From NCBI GenBank assembly GCA_951406725.2, contig OX597842.1:28892001-28956000 (forward strand): a stretch of 64,000 nucleotides of DNA, given 5' to 3'. The position numbers were made by a program, and so were the translations under genes. The notes beneath the pieces are model-generated. The model had not been told where the DNA came from, did not search any database, and was given only the letters and a program-made list of their open reading frames with translations. Positions 54,576 to 64,000 of this stretch are shown here, piece after piece. The first letter of the stretch is position 1. Each line of letters opens with the position of its first letter. The DNA is from Octopus vulgaris. Taxonomy: Eukaryota.

Positions 54576-54672
54576 GATTTAGGAAACTCTTAACTTAACT
54601 TACTTAACCCTTCATAGATAGATGTGTGTGTGTGTGTGTGTAGATAGACAGACAGAAGGCAGACCGACAGAC

Positions 54673-54730
<58 letters not shown>

Positions 54731-54774
54731 TGAGGTAGATAGATAGATAAATAGATAGTTAGATAGATAGATAG

Positions 54775-56862
54775 ATTTCTTTATTAGTTACACAGGGTCG
54801 AATACAGAGGGGACAACAATACAATGTAGAACTTTTCTTTTCGAAAGCAAGGGAAAAAAAAGATCAAAAGGGATCGAAAGTGTTTGGGACGTGTAAACAG
54901 CAAAATAAGGCGGAGTAAAAATGTAAAACAGATTAATTCTATCTGAGGAAAGAAAAGTCTGCGAAAAAGACCACGGTAACCTCAGGCAAGGTAAGGAACA
55001 TATGAGAGTAAAGCGCGCTCTCTCTCTCTTGGATTTACAGGATAATGCTCAAAGTGATTTTGTCATTCACGTGTACCATCTTGCTACATTCACCAACATT
55101 TTTTTGAAACTTTTATGAGACAAAACAGGCCTCTCTATTCTCACCTTCATTTCAAGTGATGCTGGAAAAAGGTGATGAGCGATTGTCCAGAGAGGAAAGT
55201 GTTTGTCTCTAAGCCTTCCGCACGAGTCCCACCACACACATTCTTTCACCATAGCCATCAGCACAATGAAAGCTGCCTTGCCTTCCCGGTTAAACGAAGG
55301 TGACGGGGCAATATTTACAGTAGACTTGGCTGATAACCGAATATATCCCACACGTAACAGCAGCCGTCCAAAGTAAGCCCGCAGGTTTAAAATGGCTGGG
55401 CACAGCATGAGTGCGTGCAGAATGGTTCCATGGCTCTGACCGCATCTTGAGCAAGTCGGTCCCGTGTTTCTCAAACCGTGCCTGTAGAGCTTATATCGAA
55501 CGGGCAATGCTTCCCGATAACACTGCCAGGCCAGGGATCTCTTGTGATTGTCCATTGGTCCTGGCTCAAAAGGGGTCCTGAAAGAGGCAGTTCAGATGTT
55601 CCTCGTCGACACCCAGAATCTCCCCAAGAATGTCATCGCACCTCCGCTCCACAAATTCTCTAAAGAACACCTTTCGGGAATTGAAATCGCACAAGTTTGG
55701 TCCCGGATGGCAGAGTTGCTCGAGAGCAAGGTGGCACTCGCGGTGCCATTTGCCTAACCTCAGTCTCTGTTTGATCCATTATTGCAGTTCAACCAAAGAG
55801 ACGAGATGCGGGAAAGAGCATTTCAGAAACGGTGACCACACTGTTCCCTGTCGTCTATGAAGCACCGGAGATGTCACAGTCTCAGTGCATGTCTGTGTAT
55901 CGTCACCCATGGCATGCCCAGCCTGTCATTTAGCGGGTGTTGACAGTAAATGGATCGCCTAACCATCGGGACGCTTCCCTTCCACAAAAAGCGGAAGAGT
56001 ATATGTTCTAGTTTGGTGATGGTGGGGTCGGGACAAGGCACGACGGTCAGACAGTAAAAGATGACGGATACGATGTATGCGTTCGCCACCCCTGCTCGAC
56101 CTTTTAGAGATAACTTCCTCTCGGCCTATTGCTGGGTGAGAGTGGCCACCCTACTCGTTATCTCATCCCAGTTTTTCTCCATTTGGAGGTCTGGTCCAAA
56201 CCAGACCCCAAGCAATTTAACTTGTCTGTCAGTCCAGTGTCACACAATGGAGACGCTGTTGGATGGCAAGGGTTTGCTTTTCCAGGTGCCGAGCTGCAAG
56301 TCCACTGACTTTTACAGGTTAATTTTCACTCCCGTTACCACTTTGTATTCTTTTAGTGTCTTGCCCAACAGGTCGACATACCCGTGGCTCGACACTGTGA
56401 GGGTGATGTTATCTATGAATGCAGATATGCTCATCTCGCATCCAGGGATTCCCCTCAGCATCACTAGCTTCTGCAGTAGTGGCTCAAGAATCAATACATA
56501 CAGAAGCAACGAGAGGTGGCATCCTTGACGGACCGAATGCGTGATGTTAAACGGTTTAGAGAGATGACCATTTACACGAACTACCGAGCGGATGCCGCTG
56601 TATAAGGCAGCAATCCAACCACAGAAGACAGGATCGAAATCAGCGCCCTAAGGACAGCCTCCAAGTAACGATGGTCAACCTTATCGAAAGCTTTCGATTG
56701 ATTCAAACTGATCAGCACCCCACCCATGCATGATTCCTTAACTACCCTGTCTATGATGCAGCACATCAAATGGAGGTTGTCATGGATACTCCTGTCTGGC
56801 ACAGTGCATGCTTGTGTCTTTTCAACCAGTTTCTCGATGACAAGCACCAACTTCTTGCGGAA
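54775..56862 (-). mobile_element. Degenerate L1/Tx1-clade LINE (RT, zf-RVT and 3' UTR)
   Basis: TQACTVPDRSIHDNLHLM, LNQSKAFDKVDHRYL, LLYVLILEPLL, SAFIDNIT, LEHILFRFLWKG and CSRCGQSHGTILHALMLCPAI. Ends next to a (TATC)n tract. Confidence 0.85.
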
Positions 56863-57257
56863 CCGTTTCCGTGGAGAAGCACAATCTTTCAGGATAATAA
56901 TGCACCAATTCACACAGCTAAAGTTGTTACTGAATGGCACGAGGAACATTCTAGTGAAGTTGAACATCTTATTTGGTCATCACAGTCCCCAGATCTCGGT
57001 ATTATTGAACATTTATGGCGCATTTTAGAAAAACAAGTAAGGAGCTGATATCTTCGACCATCATCACTACAAGAACTGGAAATTGTTTTAGCTAAAGAAT
57101 GGACAAAAATTCCTTTGGAAACAATTCAAACTTTGTACGAGTGCACACTTCATAGAATTCAAGCTGTAATTACTGTCAAAGGCGGTCCTACCCCATGTTA
57201 AATAATTAAATTTCTTTGAAATTTTAAGGTATTTCCATTATTTTGTCCAACCCCTGT
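56863..57257 (+). mobile_element. Tc1-type transposon 3' half
   Basis: IFQDNNAPIHTAK...WSSQSPDLGIIEHLW (the DD34E C-terminal motif WPxxSPDLNxIExLW). Terminus is ttttgtccaacccctg-TA. Confidence 0.85.
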
Positions 57258-57904
57258 ACAGACACCAATATTTTTGTAGGTCAAAAATTGCGATTTATGA
57301 CACAAAATGTCCTCTAGAATTAGTGAGAGCTAATAATGATAAACTTCAACTACTAAATATTGTTAAACATACCTCTGCAAATGCAATATACGTAACAATT
57401 CTTGTAGCTGTAATGGAATTTGTAGCTGTGATACCAATGCCGGTGGCACGTAAGAGAACCATCCGAACGTGGCTGTTGCCAGCCTCGCTTGGCCTCCGTG
57501 CCGGTGGCACGTAAAAAGCACCCACTACACTAACAGAGTGGTTGGCGTTAGGAAGGGCATCCAGCTGTAGAAACTCAACCAGATCAGACTGGAGCCTGGT
57601 GCAGCCTTCAGGTTTCCCAGACCACGGTCGCACCGTCCAACCCATGCTAGCATGGAAAGCGGACGTTAAACGATGATGATGATGATGATGAACAACCAGC
57701 AGTGAGACTGTATTTAGCAGATCCCAAAACGGGGTTCAGATCCCCATGGATTTAAGTTAAGGGTTCTTGTCTTGTGAGTTCCAGTGACCTTACTACTGCA
57801 CCTAGTCCTCTCTGTAAAGTGGTTGGCATCAGGAAGGACATTTACTTGTAGAAACCATGATAAAATAGACAATTGGAGCCTCTCTGGCTTGCCAAATCAC
57901 ACTC

Positions 57905-57907
57905 ACA

Positions 57908-57939
<32 letters not shown>

Positions 57940-58041
57940 GCACGCACACGCACATACACATGCACTCATGCACGCGCACGCTCACGCACACGCACACACA
58001 CATACACACACGCACAGACACACACACACGCGCGCACACAC

Positions 58042-58123
<82 letters not shown>

Positions 58124-58210
58124 ACACACACACGCACATACACACACACACACTCACATACGCACACATACACACGCACACACACACACACACACGCACG
58201 CACGCACGCA
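57905..58210. repeat. (CA)n/(CG) alternating purine-pyrimidine tract upstream of the GANP promoter
   Basis: Seen directly in the sequence. Confidence 0.95.
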
Positions 58211-58439
58211 ACGGCAGCTTCTATTTTAAGTACATTAAATATATTTGATGATTTTGCTTCATTTTGCTTCATCTTTTAATCCGGCACTAAAATAGGACTT
58301 AACATCGATTTCTTTACTTCTCATATAATCCAAATCAAAACAAAAAAATTAAACAAACAAGATGACGGATATTTAAGCAAATAATTAACGAAACAAATTA
58401 ATATTCACTGATTATTTTATAAACTATTTTAATTAATAA

Positions 58440-58532
58440 ATTGCTGCCGTTCATTATTCAGTGCGGTACTGTGAGACCGGAAGTTGTCATTTGTAAACCA
58501 AACATTTCAAACGTTGACTGACGGAAACCTCG
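58440..58532 (+). promoter_or_regulatory. Probable GANP promoter and non-coding exon 1
   Basis: Unique, CpG-containing stretch with an ETS-type motif ACCGGAAGT (58476-58484) followed by the donor CTCG|GTAAGG (58533). A downstream acceptor lies at 60345, just before the ORF. Confidence 0.5.
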
Positions 58533-59219
58533 GTAAGGCATTTCTCCTTTTTGACCCCTCATAATTGGCAGATAAGGGCCCTTTTCGTGTTGCAAAGCCG
58601 AGGCCGAGGGTCTTTGTGAACTCTTGGCATTTCGTTCTGAGTTCAAATTCTGCCCAGGTCAACTTTACCGTTCGTCCTTTCGGGATCGATGAAATAAGGA
58701 CCAGTCAAGCACTGGCTCAAGGATATTTATTAGTCCTGCCCCTCCCCTCAAAAATTGCTATCTTTACCAAGGACTCCTTGGTTGTATGAAATTTACGGTA
58801 CTACTTAAGAAGAGTGGTCCCGGTGCGCGCACTCGCTGGTCGTGACCAGTCGATCCTTTGTGTTTTATTTACTTTGCTAGGTGGTCGTTGTAGGATCGAC
58901 TAGTCACGACTGGCTAAATCCAAGACTAGGGAGAAAGGGAATCCCTTGTGTTTCATGCAATTTCATGGACTAAAATTGCTGAATGGACCCTTATGATATT
59001 TGGAACTTAGATTCCAATGCTTAAGGACGGGTTTAATACTGTAGGTTTAGTTTGAAACAAAAAGATTCATAAATCTTTCATGTTGATGAATTTTCAATCA
59101 AAGCTAATTGACACACATCAAGAATTCCCAAAGTTTCTGCTTCTCATGGGTATTCTAAGACCCCCTAATGGAGGCCTTAACCCCTAAATTTTAGTCATTG
59201 CTTAGGATTCATTACTATA

Positions 59220-59520
59220 GGCGCAGGAGTGGCTGTGTGGTAAGTAGCTTGCTAACCAACCACATGGTTCCGGGTTCAGTCCCACTGCGTGGCATCTTGG
59301 GCAAGTGTCTTCTGCTATAGCCCCGGGCAGACCAAAGCTTTGTGAGTGAAAGAAGCCCGTCGTATATATGTATATATACATATATATATATATGTGTTTG
59401 TGTGTCTGTGTCTGTCCCCCTAGCATTGCTTGACAACCGATGCTGGTGTGTTTACGTCGCCGTCACTTAGCGGTTCGGCAAAAAGAGACCGATAGAATAA
59501 GTACTGGGCTTACAAAGAAT
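59220..59520 (+). mobile_element. SINE family A (3'-truncated) in GANP intron 1
   Basis: Same head and body as the other copies. Confidence 0.85.
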
Positions 59521-60510
59521 ATGGTAAATTCAAACATAAACGTCCTCTACACACTCAAAACAGTATTTGTAGAAAATTTCATTTTTAAAAAATCCCCTTT
59601 TCTCTGAACTGTGTAATTTTCGAAAACCTCTTCCTACCCCCAGAAACAATTTTTCACAACAAATTCCAAAATAATAAAAAAAAGAATCCATTTTTCTGAA
59701 AGTTATGAGGAAACAAAGTCAGAGGGGGCACACTCGTATAGGTATGTCATATGTGTATGTGAAACAGTCTATGATGGGTGGGGAGAAGAAGTGATGGTTG
59801 TGTTTCAGTTACATTAGATATATTTACATAAGCTTCATCATTTCACTACTACCTTTATCATCATCATCATCGTTTAACGTCCGCTTTCCATGCTAGCATG
59901 GGTTGGACGGTTCAACTGGGGTCTGGGAAGCCAGGAGGCTGCACCAGGCCAGTCAGATCTGGCAGTGTTTCTACGGCTGGATGCCCTTCCTAACGCCAAC
60001 CACTCCGAGAGTGTAGTGGGTGCTTTTTATGTGCCACCGACACAGGTGCCAGACGAGGCTGGCGAACGGCCACGCTTGGATGGTGTTCTTTACGTGCCAC
60101 CGGCACGGAGGCCAGGCGAGGCTGGCACGACCATGATCGGATGGTGTTTGTTACGTGCCACTCGATGCGGTACTGGCTACGGCCACATTCGGATGGTTTT
60201 CTTATGTGCCACCGGCACTGGTACCACAAAACTACAAATTCCATTGATGTTCATCGATTTTGATTTGATTCTTTGATTTTTGATTTTCACTTGCCTCAAC
60301 AGGTCTTCAAAAGTAGAATAATTGTATTTTTGTTTCTTGTTTCAGATAATGCCATTATCAACATTACAGTTTGTGAAATCTGAATTCATACGTTGTGAAC
60401 ATATTTAGAGAAAAGCAGTAGAAGAGAGATTGCGGGGCCTCTTCTGGCCTTTGTTAAAATCCTCAAATAACAAAGGAGTAAGGCCAGTTTGTAAATAAAA
60501 CTGGATCATA

Positions 60511-63500
60511 ATGTTTCAAGCTCCAAATCCTCGCCAATCTCCACAGAACCAGTTGCCATCTTTTGGGCAGATTGTCAACACATCGCTGTCACCGCCATCA
60601 CAACAGCGTCCATTTGGCAGTGGTGGAATTGCAGCAGGGTTTGGAAGCCCCTCAGCATTTGGTAGCAGTGGTAATTCGAATGTAGCAAGTTTTGGAAGCA
60701 CTGCTGCTTTTGGTAGCAGTACTAATGCAGCAGGTTTTGGAAGCACCGCAGCATTTGGTAGTAGCAGTTCTAATACAGCAGGTTTTGGAAATACCCCTGC
60801 ATTTGGTAGTAGTGGTACTAATACAGCAAGTTTTGGAAACACTGCTGCATTTGGTAATAGCAGTAGCCACACTAATGTGGCAGGCTTTGGGAGCACCGCT
60901 GCATTTGGCAGTAGCAGTTCTAATGCAGCAGGGTTTGGAAGTACTGCTGCATTTGGCAGCAACAGTACTAATGCAGCAGGGTTTGGAAGTACTGCTGCGT
61001 TTGGTAGTAGCAGTACTAATGCAGCAGGGTTTGGAAGCACCACTGCATTTGGCGGTAGCAGTACTAATGCAGCAGGGTTTGGAAGCACTGCTGCGTTTGG
61101 CAGCAGCGGAAGTGGGAATCAGAAAACAGCATCTTTCTCAACCAACACATTCCCATCATCATCAACATCATCTTCCCCTGACCAGTTCCAGTCACGACCA
61201 TCCACGTTTACCCCACCTGCTTCTCTTCCAAAGCCAACACCACCACAGTCAAATACCTCCTCCTTCACCACTTCTCCCAAATCCCAGAATGTGACAAGTA
61301 GTGGTGGTCATGGTGGAACAGATGCCATTTCTTTTGCAAGAGTTGCAGCTGACCACCCCCCCACAGGAATATTCAGCGTGAAATCTGAGAAAAATCCATT
61401 TGGTGGTGTTGGTGCTTTCAGTGGCAATGGCAACAATAATAATAGCAGTGCTATCAGCATTACAGCCACTACATCTTCATCTGTGTTTGGTGTAGGACAA
61501 AATCCCTTTGGACGCAGTTCTTTCCCACCAGCGTTCTCTGCCACCAAAGCCGAACCCCAGGTGCTGAAGGTCAAGAACTCTAATCCGTTCCTGAATGCGC
61601 CGACCGATAATGTCTTCTCTAGAAGTCAAAGCGGCAGCGATGCAAGTGATAACCCACCCACTGGAACTTTGCCCATGACAGCATTTGGGGCCTTCGTTAG
61701 CAACAACAATTCTTCAATGACAGCTTTGCCTTCTTCAGGGTTCGGGACAGGCAAAAGCAAGACTGTTTTATCGACAGCAACAACAGCATCATCAACATTC
61801 ACCTCTCCCGTTACATTGTCAACATCTCCGTTGTTACCATCACCCTCGTCATTTCCTGGCCCCCTTACACAACAAACTGGCCCTTCAGCTACATTTACTA
61901 AAAATGTATTTGGTAGTAGAGGGGACATGAGCAGCAGTTCAGGTCCTGTTTTGGCAAAATCCTCCACTGGAAGCTTTTTACCTTTGAGTAAGAATAACAG
62001 TATTGGTGGTGGTGGTAGTAGTAGTAGTAGTAGTTCTAGTATTCATAGCAGCGAGAGGAATGTGTTTAAAGGAGACGCAAAACCTATGCCATCCGCATTT
62101 GCAAGAAAATCAATTGCTAAGGTCTTTGGTGGTGTGCCATTGTCAGAATCGAAAAGATCTTCAACCTCAGTTTCAGCCAGCAGTGACCCCAACACTGGTA
62201 GTGTGGGGCTTTTTGGAAAATCCCATGAAAGCCATTCAAGCTTCTCCAAGACCAAAGCCAGCAGCAGTAGCACCATTAGTAAATATTCGACTGAGGTATC
62301 TGCAGCCCCCTCACTAAGGAAAACGGGACTGTTTGGTAAACCGGAAAGAACTGGAAGCAGGGCTGAAGAGAAAACCCTGTCTGTAAGTGCAGCGGCCAAC
62401 ACAACTGCCAGGACTTCCTTATCTCCTTCAACTTCAAAGCTAAGGAATGATGGTCCGTCCCATAGGTCCTCTTCTTACTCGTATATGGATGAGGATGAGT
62501 GTGATGACAGGGTACTGAGCGTTGCCCAGCGGGCTGTCTCCTCATCCAGAATGGAAATGGACAAAATGTCAAAGGTACCAGTTGCTTCCAGGTTTTACTC
62601 AAAGACTATGGATTCCACAGGAAGACTAGCAGGGTCCAGAAAGAGGTTTTCCATCACAGACGATGGGAGACATAGGAAAGTCCCCAAATCGAGGAGTGAA
62701 TACGACTTAATGAGATCATCAAATCGTTCAAAGATGTCGAGGAGTGCCATGCGGCAACGCCAATTCTCTGAGGAGCTGGAGAGCCACCCAGTGCTGGTCT
62801 GCAAGAATATCCCACCTAAATTTAACCAGGTGCCTTTTCTCCGCAACCACTTCAGCAAGTTCGGGGCTGTGCAGCGTGTCACTAGGAATCTTGCCAAGCA
62901 TGGGGCAAACATTCACTTCAAGGACCACAAATCAGCAGCCCATGCAAAAATGAAGGGTTTGAAATTGGCCCCTGGCATACACATTCAGATCTTCTGGCAA
63001 TCAAATCCCCATAAACAATCCTTGACATTAGATGTAGACCTTGACACTATACCCCCTGATGAAAGTGAAAGACAGGGCCACATGCCCCTACCTTCGTCAC
63101 GGAGGAGCATCAGCCCTCCTCCACCTCCGCCCACCTCTGGTAGGCGTGACCGCCAGCAACAGCCATCTTGGATGTCAGATGAGGTTGAAGAGGAGCTGCG
63201 CTTGATGGCTGGCACGAGTGACATAAGCGGGGACTTTGTGCAGACCTTAGTGCGACGCAAGGAAGCCGAAGCTCCTTTTGTCCCTATGACTAAGAGAGCT
63301 ACTACTACCAGCACCACTGGTAAAATTGTTTCTACATCATCTCCATTGCCTCTGTCTCGGAAGTCCGACAGTCCGTCAAGGCGACACCAATCTTCCCATG
63401 ACTATCACCAAGAAAAACAGCAAGAACACCGGCGGAAAGTGCAGAAGCAACCATCGCCCACTCTGTCAGGGGTCTCCAGTCAGGCCCTGACTCCGGCCTC

Positions 63501-63799
63501 AGTTCTAGGGTCTACGACAACAACACACAGGAAGAGAAAACTCCACCCTCAGCCACCTTCGTCGTCCTCTCCATCCATGACCTCTCAGTCAGCTTTTGCT
63601 GATACAAAGAAAAGCATTGTTGGCCCAGCAGTTCCGTCCACTGTTAGATCCTACAGTTCTGTTGTCGCAGGCCACAGGACAACAGCAACAACAACCACAA
63701 CAACAACAGCAACAGCAATGGCGACTTCACTTTTCAGGAAATCTGAACATAGTTCCATGATTTTTGGCGGTTTCCAAGGTGACACAGATGTACAGAAAG
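60511..63799 (+). CDS. MCM3AP: GANP/MCM3AP (Sac3/xmas-2 family, TREX-2 scaffold) large first coding exon: FG-repeat region plus RRM
   Basis: 1135-codon ORF with an FG-rich N-terminus followed by VLVCKNIPPKFNQVPFLRNHFSKFGAVQRV...NIHFKDHKSAAHAKMKG...IQIFW (about 62791-63000). This closely resembles the GANP RRM as recalled (IQCKNIP..LENHFGK..VHFFDHASAALARKKG..IFW). Acceptor is ttgtttcag at 60345. The donor is uncertain (AAAG|GTCAGG after 63799 or CAAG|GTGACA after 63778). The ORF tail runs into a SINE end. The Sac3 domain is not in the window. Confidence 0.85.
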
Positions 63800-64000
63800 G
63801 TCAGGATCATCATCATCATCATCATTATTACTCTTTTACTAGTTTCAGTCATTTGACTGCGGCCATAAGAAACTTTTTACTTAAAATATTGCAGCTAAAA
63901 TTAAAATTTGAATTTTAAAACTTATTTTATTAAAGCTTACAAATAACACTATACTTATTTAAGTAGAATTTTGGCTAATTTACTACCTTAAATACAGAAA

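Noticed and set aside
60516-61294. Overlapping antisense and alternate-frame ORFs within the GANP exon
   Set aside because: They are shadows of the 48-bp FG repeat.
63800-63918. C-terminal HHHHHH...FEF of the 1135-aa ORF as the true protein end
   Set aside because: It is a (CAT)n tract plus a SINE tail read through past a likely splice donor; the Sac3 domain should follow in later exons.

Overview
This is eukaryotic, AT-rich, microsatellite- and retroelement-dense genomic DNA. The SINE/RTE repeat content resembles a coleoid cephalopod such as Octopus, but that taxon is inferred and not proven. Two protein-coding genes lie head-to-head. (1) An ST7 (suppression of tumorigenicity 7) orthologue is on the minus strand. 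Eleven coding exons run from about 53917 down to 1584 with GT-AG boundaries and consistent phases, including a 27.8-kb first intron; the 3' exons lie outside the window. (2) A GANP/MCM3AP-like gene is on the plus strand, with a probable non-coding first exon near 58.5 kb and a roughly 3.4-kb exon encoding an expanded FG-repeat region and the GANP-type RRM. The introns hold tRNA-derived SINEs, RTE, CR1, Tx1 and Penelope remnants, mariner/Tc1/pogo/piggyBac-type DNA elements and several satellites. The most notable non-obvious signal is a set of type-I hammerhead-ribozyme-like motifs in ST7 intron 1 (26804, 35574, 42041, 44522). Two of these sit inside fold-back inverted repeats. All structurally complete copies are antisense to the host gene, and the two sense copies are truncated. 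The window also contains several long hairpins that are candidate A-to-I editing substrates, a two-state 19/20-bp satellite derived from an RTE tail, and a probable SINE-Tx1 shared 3' tail. All calls are from reading the sequence by eye; no searches or folding computations were run.
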